Below are positions 9,024 through 22,800 of a DNA stretch of 64,000 nt, one piece after another. The notes beneath the pieces were generated by a model. It was not told where the DNA came from, did no database searches, and was given only the letters and a program-made list of their open reading frames with translations. The translations under genes and the position numbers were made by a program. The stretch is from positions 416,001-480,000 of the forward strand of contig OZ244958.1 of assembly GCA_965222575.1 (NCBI GenBank), in the 5' to 3' direction. The stretch is from Alphaproteobacteria bacterium. GTDB taxonomy: Bacteria; Pseudomonadota; Alphaproteobacteria; G965222575. Position 1 is the stretch's first letter. Every line of letters starts with the position of its first letter.

Positions 9024-10299
9024 TCAACATAAACTTCCTGCATTACCCGTCTCCTTACTAGTATGTGTCTTTTGATTTCTCCTAAACCTAAGACAGGAGC
9101 CTACTTTACCAAAATAGCCCACCATGTAAAGCTTTTTGACGAGTCGGGAGTAAGAGTATCCACGAGTCATAGCGTACCACAATTTCTCCAGAGAGCGGCA
9201 TTTTATAACAGGTGAGGTGACGAGGAGCGCGTGACTATAGAGGCGTCCTTTTCTGGTCTTTTCCCAAACACAAATAGCCCACCATGTAAAGCTTTTTGAC
9301 CAAAGACAAATAGCCCAAATTTCTCCAGAGAACCATGTGACTAAGCTTTAAAGCTTTTTGACGAGTCGGGAGTGTATCCACGAGTCATAGAATTTCGCAT
9401 TTTATAACAGGTGAGGTGAGTAGCGCGTGACTAGAGGCGTCCTTTTCTGGTCTTTTCCCAAACACAAATAGCCCACCATGTAAAGCTTTTTGACGAGTCG
9501 GGAGTAAGAGTATCCACGAGTCATAGCGTACCACAATTTCTCCATTTTATAACAGGTGAGTGACAAGGAGCGCGTGACTATGTCGGCTTTTTGACGAGTC
9601 GGGAGTAAGAGTATCCACGAGTCATAGCGTACCACGATTTCTCCAGAGAACGGCATTTTATAACAGGTGATGACGAGGAGCGCGTGACTATGGAGGCGTC
9701 CTTTTCTGATCTCTCCTAAACAGGTAAGACAGGGCATTTTATAACAGGTGAAGTGACAAGGAGCGCGTGACTATAGAGGCGTCCTTTTCTGGTCTTTTCC
9801 CAAACACAAATAGCCCACCATGTAAAGCTTTTTGACGAGTCGGGAGTAAGAGTATCCACGAGTCATAGCGTACCACAATTTCTCCAGAGAGCGGCATTTT
9901 ATAACAGGTGAGGTGACCAGGAGCGCGTGACTATAGAGGCGTCCTTTTCTGGTCTTTTCCCAAACACAAATAGCCCACCATGTAAAGCTTTTTGACGAGT
10001 CGGGAGTAAGAGTATCCACGAGTCATAGCGTACCACAATTTCTCCAGAGAGCGGCATTTTATAACAGGTGAGGTGACGAGGAGCGCGTGACTATGGAGGC
10101 GTCCTTTTCTGGTCTTTTCCCAAACACAAATATAGGATAGGGGAACTGAATAACCAGTACGAGTCTGTTTCATACGAATGCACTTGAGCCACTTGGTCAA
10201 AGCTACAGAAGCATTACCATTACTAATATCTTGAGGGAAGGAGCCAGTATGGAACCAAATCTTATAGGATGCCCCCCCCCTTGCAATAAGTGCGTGAGG
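9024..10299 (-). pseudogene. Disrupted HUH-endonuclease rolling-circle replication initiator (phiX174 gpA/Microviridae/inovirus/plasmid-like Rep)
   Basis: Collapsing the repeats gives KIWFHTGSF (motif I-like), YICVWEKTRKGRLHSHALL (motif II) and LYMVGYFGK (YxxxYxxK, motif III), with a stop at 9024-9026. Confidence 0.7.
9111..10132. repeat. Tandem array of a 160-bp unit (about 7 copies: 3 near-perfect, middle copies degenerate or mosaic)
   Basis: Exact 160-bp period at 9111-9270, 9807-9966 and 9967-10126; TTTTATAACAGG occurs 7 times. Confidence 0.95.
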
Positions 10300-10336
10300 T
10301 CATGACCTTTTCAAGCAACCTTCTCCCACACCTTAA
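10266..10336. repeat. Degenerate copy of the 5S rRNA 3' end plus trailer (10458-10535)
   Basis: AGGATGC(n)..CAATAAGTGCGTGAGGTCATG..CTTTTCA..TCTCCCACACCTTAA is present at both sites. Confidence 0.85.
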
Positions 10337-10415
10337 ATTCCGCCCCTAAAAGCTTTGGCCATTAGCAACCTTCTCCCACACCTTAAATTCCGCCCCTAAA
10401 AGCTTTGGCCATTAG
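10314..10415. repeat. Perfect 50-bp tandem duplication
   Basis: AGCAACCTTCTCCCACACCTTAAATTCCGCCCCTAAAAGCTTTGGCCATT x2. Confidence 0.95.
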
Positions 10416-10502
10416 ACGCAAAGCAACAAGCCTTTGTTGTAAATGAGTTGCCAATAGAGGATGCCCCCCCTTCAATAAGTGCGTGAGGTCATGTACTTTT
10501 CA

Positions 10503-10620
10503 GGCCAGGCAACGTCCTACTCTCCCACACCTTAAGATGCAGTACCATCGGCACTGTGGCATTTAACGACCGAGTTCGGAATGGAATCGGGTGGAACCAC
10601 CACGCTATAACCACCTGGCC
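10503..10620 (-). rRNA. rrf: 5S rRNA
   Basis: GGCCAGGTGGTTATAGCG...CCCGATTCCATTCCGAACTCGG...GATGGTACTG...GGGAGAGTAGGACGTTGCCTGGCC, with complementary ends. Confidence 0.95.
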
Positions 10621-10724
10621 AGAAAAATACACCCCCAACAACCCCCTATCATCATCCCCCGCGCTCACTCACCTCCATTAGGAAACTCTAAGATAACTCA
10701 CTACTACACATGAACCCCCTCTCT

Positions 10725-13470
<2,746 letters not shown>

Positions 13471-13575
13471 GAGATTTTAAGTTCATGTGCAGTAATCAGT
13501 CATCAAAGAGAATACACCCCCCTACAAACTCTTCACTCATTACAGCACTTGCGGTGTTGCTTTTCTTATTTACAA

Positions 13576-13587
13576 TCTCAAAGAACC
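13576..13587 (-). promoter_or_regulatory. boxA-like rRNA antitermination element
   Basis: GGTTCTTTGAGA(TTGT) in the 23S leader, between the promoter and the 23S. Confidence 0.55.
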
Positions 13588-13620
13588 ACAGACAACGCCT
13601 GCTATTTTTCCCCCTTCGTC

Positions 13621-13649
13621 ATTATGAGAAAATGAAGGGAAAATGGCAA
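13621..13649 (-). promoter_or_regulatory. Sigma70-type promoter for the 23S-5S unit
   Basis: Minus strand TTGCCA-17 bp-CATAAT, about 150 bp upstream of the 23S, with an A-rich upstream tract. Confidence 0.7.
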
Positions 13650-13860
13650 CCTTTTTTTCTTTTTTCTCAGACCTTCACTTTGCCCGCTACCATAAGCCTA
13701 TTCTCTCCTCTTTTTCGCATCACCCCCCCCAACAAGAAAGCTTTTTTTAACAGATTTCTTTTACACTTTGCTCTCATCACAACCTAACTAATGAACCCTT
13801 TAGCTGGAGCATGCAGATTTAGTATCACCTCCTAGCACTTTATAGAGAGAAAGACAGACT

Positions 13861-16800
13861 ATGACGGCACTTGCCCTTCAAGGGCTCTTCAAAAAAGCAG
13901 TTTTCTATCTTCCGGGAGTCTGTCTTTTTTTTATGCACTTTTCAGCTAGCGCCCTACCGCTTAATCCTCAGATTAAAAAAGGGAACGCCCTTATTTCCAC
14001 CTCTTCCCATAAGCTCACCGTTGACCAAAAAACAGAACTCCTCCATGTAGACTGGGACTCTTTTCAACTACAACGCAACGAAGAAATGGAGATACTCCAC
14101 TCTTTTGGCATGAAAGGACTCAGCATCCACCGCGTCATCGGAGCCAACCCTTCTTTCATCAATGGGCGGCTTACTGCTGCAGGACGCGTCGTACTGGTCA
14201 ATTCCAGAGGCATTATCTTCGGGCCGAATAGTATTGTCAATGTAGGGGCTCTGTTAGCAACAACTTCCGATATACTCACCTCCTATGACGAAAACCTGTT
14301 CGCCTTCGATACCAGACAGACCTCCTCTATAGGCGAAATCCTTGTGGAAAAAGGGGCAGTCATTACCGCTAGAGACAGAGGATGGCTTGCTCTCATCGCC
14401 CCCATTGTCAAAGTGCAACGGGGCGCTATTCTCACTGCAGAAGAAGGGATAATCACCTTGATAGGCGGTAACAAATTCCTCATAGACCTCTATGGAAACG
14501 GGTTGGTGAACTTTATTGTCAATACCACAGAAACAGCTTCTTCCCTTATCAACAAAGGGACACTGAAAGGGAATAAGGTCTTCATGAAAATTCCCGCCTC
14601 AAAAAGCGAATCCCCCCCTTCCATAGAACAAAAAGGGCATATTCTCGCGACACACTTCATAGATGAAAAGAACAAGCTGACTCTCGGTACTGTGAAAATT
14701 GAGGGAGGAAGAAAAGGAGAGGTCTCTTTTGCCCAAGACTCTTCTGTTACAGTGAAAAATAAACCGCCACCGCCTCCTAACGCCGATAATGTCCCCCCTA
14801 GTCAAGATGATACCCCCCCCAGTAAAACCGCCCCCTCTCCTCGCGATATCACCGTCTCCATCACAGGGCGAATCGTCACCATAGACGGAAAAATTACCAC
14901 CCAAAGCGGTAAGATAGGTCTCAAAGCGGATACCCTGCTTGTCAAACAGACAGGCGCCCTCATCGTCAAAACCCTTACAGGAGGAGAAATCTTCCTAAAA
15001 AGTCGCGGGGATAGCTATATCTTAGGCACTATAGCTGTAGGGAATATCGCCTATAAAAAGAAATGGATTGCTAGTACGCATCTCCATGACTACCACTTCG
15101 AGACAACCATTCACCACCAAAGCGGGGGAGAAATTTTAGTAGGGGGACAGTACATAGCAACAGGCGGACAGATTATCCTTGATGCTCAAGGCGCCGTGAA
15201 ATTCATCGGCGGAAGCGCAAAAGCAGGAAATGGTAAAAACGCTCTCCTCTCCATCACAGCACAAAAAGGCCTCTATACCAACGGAGTCAGTCACTTCCAT
15301 ATCGACTCAACGCAAATCGGACTCATCCTCTTCAAAAGCCCTCAATCTTTATCTTTATTCGGCGAAATCTTTATAGGAAAAAAGACACATCTCCGCTTGC
15401 AACACCCCCCAACCCAACCCCTCACCTATTCCATCACCCTTCACCTTAAAAAAAAGCAATATCACCTCATCTCTAAACCCAACGGTATACCGACAACACT
15501 GCCTCAAAAACTCCTGCTCGACGGCTTTGAAGGCCAATCCCTCACCGCACCAGAAACCTTCGACCACAAAAACGCCATCGGAGGATTCCTACCAGTAGCT
15601 AAAGCCCTATCCCATGTGAATAAACCCGTTCGTACCCTCGCTAAAGCTTCCAACACCCAATCCCACTTCCTAGCCCTCAGCATAAAAGACAAAGAACAGG
15701 TCTTCCTCTACAAAAGCGACAAAACAGACACAGAATTCAAACTGCAAGACCTCCTGCTTCTGTCCGTGATTAAATCCCCCTCTTCCAAAACCATAAACTT
15801 CGGGAGCGCTCTTGCCCTCACCATGATAGGGGAAACCCCACTCCTCATTGTAGGCGCCCCCACCTACTCTTCTACCAATCTCCCTAACGCAGGAGCTCTC
15901 TTCGTCTATCAAACCCCTTTCACCGCCCCCACACTCACACAAAGCATAATAGGCAAAATGCCCCAAGGATTCCTCGGCGCAAATCTCGCCTTCGTCAATA
16001 CAAATACCCTCTTCTCCTCCCAGTATTCCCCACCCTCTCCCCGCTTCTTCCGCACCGCACAAAAAATCTTGCCCCACTTCCTCTCCTTCACCCTAAACCC
16101 CAGCACCCTAAACCCCAGCACCCAAACCCTCACCCACAACAACACCTACCTCATCAATAAACAAGGAACTGCACTCACCCCTATCCCCTCCCCTCAAACC
16201 ATCACCAATATCTTCATAACCGTTGACCAATTCAAAGGGGGCGCAAACCTCCTCGTCTTTCGCCTGCTACTCCATGTCCCATCAAAAGACCACACCATTC
16301 CAACAGGAATCGTCATCGTCAACACAGCAACTCCTCAAAATAACAACTACCCCATCCCCCTAGCTTGGAGTACCAACCACCAAATCACCTCCTTTCAGCA
16401 GTCCTTCAAAGACCTCCCTTCAATAGACGCCATAGAAATCTATCAATCCCAAAACGATATCCTAAATGTCATGCTCCTTTCCTACCGTGAGCGCGTTATC
16501 AAACTCTTAAAAATAGAACTGTCCCCACAATCCCTACAAGTCCTTAAAATCGACCGTTATCCCATCGACTTGCCTGACTTTTACACCTCTTCCATGATTG
16601 TCATAGGGGGGAAACTCCTCATAGGCTACGAAAAGGGCGTGCTAGCTTATCAAATGAAGGCAAAACCTCATCCCGCATTACCCCAACGTTTCGGTCCACA
16701 ACAAATCATCGGAGAAGACTTAAGAGGCATTGAAACACTGGCCTTTGGAGTCTCCATGGACAGCTATATTCTACCACCCTCTCAAAAAAGACGCCACAGC

Positions 16801-19800
16801 TTATACCTCCTAGCCGTCGGCGCACCCAATGCCGACCAAGGATTTGGAAGAGTCTATCTGTACAGTGGCTCAGATTATCAATCTCTCACACTCCACACAA
16901 TTCTCTCAGGAAAGCTAGAAGACGGCATCAATCCCAACACAGGATGGGGAGTCTCTTTAGCCCTAGGAGACGGCATTCTCTTCATCGCAACGCCTTACGA
17001 CCAAAAAATACCCTTCATCCACACCTATCTCTTTGAAGAAGACTTTGCCTATTTACGAAAAAGTACCACCATCCCCCTAGACCCTCTCCGCATCCAAGAC
17101 AACGAAATCCTAGCCATACATGGCTTAGACATGGATTATAGCAACGGGGTACTCGCCGTAACAAAAACTACAGAAACTTCTACCCATATGCTAGACCTGT
17201 TCAGAATCATAAGCCTCGATTCCATCCTCCTAGTGCAAAAACCATTTCCCCTCTTTACCCCCTTCTACACAATCGCCAACCAACAGCCCCAAGACACAAA
17301 ATTCTGGCCTAACGCCGTAAGCTTCGACCCCACAGGACAACTCCTCGGCGTGCTCTCACGCAAGAACAATATGCTCCTCCTCTACAGACTGCCACAGAAC
17401 CCCAAAAACCTCTTTATCCCCACTGATATACAAGTTCTCGTCACAAAAGACTTTTCCGTAAACTCCATTTCCCTCCCAACCTCCAAAATCACCAAAAGCA
17501 ATTTCAAAACCATAGGATACGGTCTTGAAATCGGACAAAAATATATCTGGGTCTTCGGCAATAGAATAGACAATACTAGCTTCCTGAAAATCCCCTTCAC
17601 CATAAAAAACAACTCCTTCTCCTTAGGACAGAGCAAGTTCTATGATGTCGCACAACAACTCCTCTCCCAACTTCTTTACAGTGAAGTCAAAAGCCTCAAA
17701 GCTGTCAAAAGAGGACAACTGAAAATAGGACTTCTTGAAGACCAAAACCAAGAAATCTTGTGGGGACGTCCCCAAGATGGATGGGTAGTCACCATGAAAA
17801 GCTATAGCCAAACAGAAGGGGAAAAATACTTCAAAATAAAAAACCTCTTCAAAACCTCCGAACAAATGACAATGTACCTTGAAGAAGGATTCGGACAGAG
17901 ACTTGCTACTATAGTGCGCACTAGTACACTCTCTCAAGCCAAGCACTACATTCTAGCAGCCTCCTCCTTCAAACCCCACGCTTCTGTCATCGCCCTCTTT
18001 TTCTCCCCAGCGCCAGACTTCCAAAACGCCTCCCTCTTCGGACTCATCCCCCCCACCACCCACCAGGGCTTCGGTTTAGCACTAGCCCTAGGGAAAAATA
18101 CCCTCTTCATAGGCGCACCAAACGCTAACACCGTCCTAGCCTACACCTATAGAGAAGAAAGCGAAAGAAGGTACGCCGTCACCAACCCTGTAAACCCCAA
18201 AGACCTCAGTCAAGACCTCCAAAAAGCCTTCCTCCCCCAAGTTCAAGCCGGGTTTTCCTTAGCATACCATGATGGAAAAAAACTCCTAGCCGTCGGCGCA
18301 CCCGGTAAAGGCGGCGGGGTTGCAGTCTTTCAGGTCACAGATACCCTCACCCTCATCCCCTTCAGACTCTTACAAGCTCAAGCACTTCCCTACCAGACCA
18401 ACTCTCCCTTCCAAACACTATGGGGAACATCCCTCGTCCAACAAGTCCCCTTCACAAACACTCCAACAGCCCTCTTCGGCGCCTCAGTAGCCTTCCACCA
18501 CACAGGGAACCTCCTCGCCGTAAGCGCACCCGGCATGGGTAAAGTGTTCCTCTATCACGTCAAAACTACCCACCACAACCTCTGGCCCCTCATAGCCCTC
18601 ATCGGCTCCCCAGCACCCCTCGAAGAACAATTCTTATACGCAACCGATAAAACCGCTATCGCAACACAATCCTCCCCCTCAACCTTCGGCGTGCCACACT
18701 CCTACACCATGAAACCTGTGTACGCTATGACACACTTCGGCTGGAATATCGTCTTCCTACACAACCCCTCCAACCAAGAGAATAAACTCTTAATCCTCGC
18801 AGAAAATACCCAAACAGCACTCTTCGCCTACCCCTTCACAACACAACCCCACTTCCAATGGGAAGACAAAAGTATAGGATATTTCCCCTTATCTCATACC
18901 TTCTCTCAAACCCAATCCATAGAAAACCCCATAGGACTCGCTACCCTCCACTCTATCTATGAAGACAGCACCTTCCTCTTTCTCGGCTACGCCAATAAGG
19001 TGACACGCCTGCACTCCAAAGACTTTTGGGCCTCCTCCGAACCTCCCGTCAATCCCTCAGTCTTAAACCTTCGCACCACGCCACTCCATCAAACCCTAAC
19101 ACTCAACCCTTCTCAACCTCAAGCGTTTGCACTCTTTCAGGGATACCTAGCCCTCGGAAACCCCTGGTATCAAGAAAACCTCGGAAAAGTCACCCTGTAT
19201 AAAATTACAGGGGACAACTTTCTGGACTTGACCCTGCTGACAATCCTCTTAGGCAAAGAACAAACAAAAGATGCTACATATTTCGGCTTCTCCCTAGCCT
19301 TCGCCAATCCTTATCTCCCTGAATACGACGCAACACTCTTCATCGGAGCCCCCGGCGGGCAAACAGGAAAAGTCCTCGCCTTCAGCCTTGCCTCTAACAC
19401 CATCACCCTACTCCCTTTTAACTTCCCAACTCTCCCTAATACAAAAGGCTTTGGCTTCGATATCGCCTTCCACAATGACAGATTAATCATCGGGGCACCC
19501 CTAAGCCAACACCAAAACAATACCCCTACAGGCGCCGTTTACTTCTATTCCATCACCTCCAACAACATACAACCTCAAGTCTCTCCTCTCCTCGTCATCA
19601 CCCAAGACAATACCCAGAATCTCTTCCCCCTCTCCCTCCCTCCTCCTAGTAACCATCACCATCTCGGTAAGGTCTTATCCCTATCAGGAGACTATGCCTT
19701 CTTCCTCAGTGCCAACCCCGACCCCTCCACCTCAACCATACACCTCCTACACTACCCCTCCAACGCACAGCCTCAATTTATCGACTCTTACACCTTCAAC

Positions 19801-22800
19801 GCCCCCCTATACGACCTCGTTGCCCTCCCAACAAAGCATCTCTTCCTCCTCACAAAAGATGCTCTTCTCTTCGCCTCATGGCAAACGCAAAACGGCCTGC
19901 AAATCCTAAAAGAAAAAACCTTCACAGAGATTCCCTTCTTCAAAAAAAATTCCCTCCAACAATACTATACAGGCGCCGCTCAATTCTATGAAAAACCCTC
20001 ATTCGCAATGGATAACATAGAGGAAACCCTCTTCTTCCTCAATCCACAAGGATTGTACAAAATCCATTATGAACATGCCCTGCCCGCCGCCAAACCTCTT
20101 TCCATAGCCGTAATGACCACCACGAAAAAACTTACCCCCCAAACCTCTTCTCCAATTCCCCTCTATGTCATAGCCATAGGCATGAAAGAACAAGACAAAG
20201 TCTATCTCCTAGTCGCCAAACAAAACGCCCCAAAATTATGGCACTTAAAACACATCATACACGGGGAAAAAGACACGCAGTTCGGCACTTCTGTTGCTTT
20301 GTCCTCTCAATGGCTAGCCGTAGGTGCTACGGGCTTGAAAACCAATAACAAAATACAGGGCGGTGCTATCCTCTACAGATTAACGGAAACCGATGAAGTT
20401 GTGCTCTCCTCCCCATTGGGAAAAGGTATCCCCATCATAGCAGGCTTTTCTCACCTTTCCAAAGCCGGCTTCTCTGTGGCCGTCTCCAATCAACGCCTCG
20501 TCATCGGCGCACCGCACACAAGGAAAAATAACAAAAAAATCGGCGCCTTCTTCGTCTATAGCTTCTCTCAAAACCAACCAATACCCTTCTCACAGACCCA
20601 AAATAGCCTCTCCTCTTCTCCTCAACACCCTACTCCTTTCGCTCTCCCCGCCTCTCTCCAGAATCAGGACGCCTCAATCGGCTATAGTATAGCCCTAGGG
20701 CCGCACAACTTGCTTGCCGTCTCCGCCCCCGGACAGAAACAGGTTCTCATCTATAACAGTCTCTCAGGCACCTTCCTCACAACCATAGACCCTAATGAGG
20801 ATACGACCAATGACCTAGACAGCTTTGATGCCATACCTTGGCAAATAAACTTCGGTTACAGCGTCACCTTTCAGCCGGGCGCACTTTTGGTCTTAGGGGC
20901 AAACTCTGGTGAAACTCTCATGTTGTATGAGTATACCTTCAGCTTCAACAACAACCAGCTACTAGGGCAAAATTCTCTCGTATGGAATGAGGGCAAGAAC
21001 ATAGAGGCTTCTACTTTAGGGTTCGAAACTTGGGAGCTAGACGACATCTCCAATGTCATAGCAGCAGTAGGGGATAAACTCTTTGTAGGAGGGCAAAGCG
21101 CAAGCCATGTTCTCCTGCTCGATTTTTCCAACGACAAAACCGCCACCATCAGCACCTTCCACAAAGGTCTTTTTCCTTTGGAAAAACTGTCACAACCCCT
21201 AGAAGAAATCACCCCCCTCGCCACCACAGCACAGCCTTTAGCTGTGGATTTCCTCTCTTTGCCATCTTCCCTCTTCTTAATGGCAATTGGCAAGCCTTAT
21301 AAGGACGAGGTTTACATCCTAACATCAACAGCACAAGACCTCTCAAAGTGGCACTTAAAGTTTGTCTTAAAGGGAGAAGCGCAAAGCGCCTTTGGGGCCT
21401 CGTTATCTTTGTACTCGAATCATCATCTCGCCATTGGCGCTCCCTTATACAATAGCAAAACAGGAGCAGTTTACCTCTATGATATCTCTGGAACTTCCCC
21501 CTTGCTCACTCAACATATAACGGCTTTTCCCGCCGCCTCTCAAGGAGGATACAGTGTGGATATGACGCAACACTATTTGGTCATCGGGGCGCCATTCGCT
21601 AGCAGTAGCCCTTCCCTTAGCAAACAAAGCGGGATTGTATACGGCTATCATTACCAGTCTCAACAGAAACGTTATGTCTTGTCTTTTTTGCTCCTGCCCA
21701 AAGGAGGGCAGAAACCTGCCAGTACGCCTGCCGCCCTACAGACCTTAGTGTTTCCCAAACCTTATAAGAGAAAAATGCAGCTTGGGGCTGCTGTGAGCCT
21801 TGAAGGGGATACTCTAGCCGTAAGCGCCTTAGGCTACCAAAGCGTTTATCTCTACAATTTAAGAACCCGCCGTCTCATCGGGGGCGTTGGAGACCTCATC
21901 CAGAAAGCAGGATATCTTAGGCAGTCCTTTGACTCTTTCGGACACAGCTTAGTCTTAAAGCCTGATGCCCTATGGGTACTAGGCACGCCTGCACAGGCAG
22001 ACGGCCTATTCTTGTACCGATTCCCCCTCACAGCTTTTCAACTCACCTCCACCTCCCCGCAAGACCCAACAGCTCTTACGCCCCTTCCCTCATCAGCAGG
22101 AAGCCCTTTCACCTCCTCTCTTTTCGCCCTAACTAACGGCTTCCTAGCAATAGGCGGTACCGGGCAAACAATCACTTTTTCTACAACCCAACACATCACC
22201 AAGCAACAAATAGGCTTCACCATGGAGGAATCCCAAACAGGGATTTATCAACAAGACACTATACAAGGGAGTACGCTTGCTATCAGAAGTGTCAAGGGAC
22301 GCCTACACACCGAGGAAGACTCCATAGAACAGATGTATCTGATTGCCTTAGGCAACCCTGAGAAGAATCAAATTTATCTCCTTGGGGCCTGGGAGCAAGC
22401 CCCTGAGAAATGGTATGTACAACAAATCATTAAGGGGCCTCAATCCTCTCAATTCGGCTTTGCCTTAGACTTCAGTAAGAACAATATTCTCGCCATCGGC
22501 GCGCCGTCCTATAAGGGACGCGGCGCAGTCTTTCTTTACGAACACCCCTCCGCTTTGAACTTTCCGAACTGGCAACACTTAGTCTTAAAACAAGAGATAT
22601 CAAACTTTGACCCCCAAAGCAAGGCAGGCTATGCCCTCGCCTTCGGCGGCAAAAATGACCAATTCTTAGCCATCGGCGCACCCGGTACCCATAGCGGCCC
22701 CACAGCAGGACAAATAGGGGGCGCAGTTTATGGCTATGAACTCTACCAACAGCACTTCTTGCCCGTGTTCCTCATAGCCCCTGCCGATACAAGACTACAA

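Noticed and set aside
9111-10132. CRISPR array or iteron origin
   Set aside because: The units are contiguous 160-bp repeats with no spacers, and they are better explained as a fragment of a Rep coding sequence.
9111-10132. Two GANTC (CcrM) sites per 160-bp unit as a methylation-sensing array
   Set aside because: The sites are present, but simple amplification explains them and there is no independent support.
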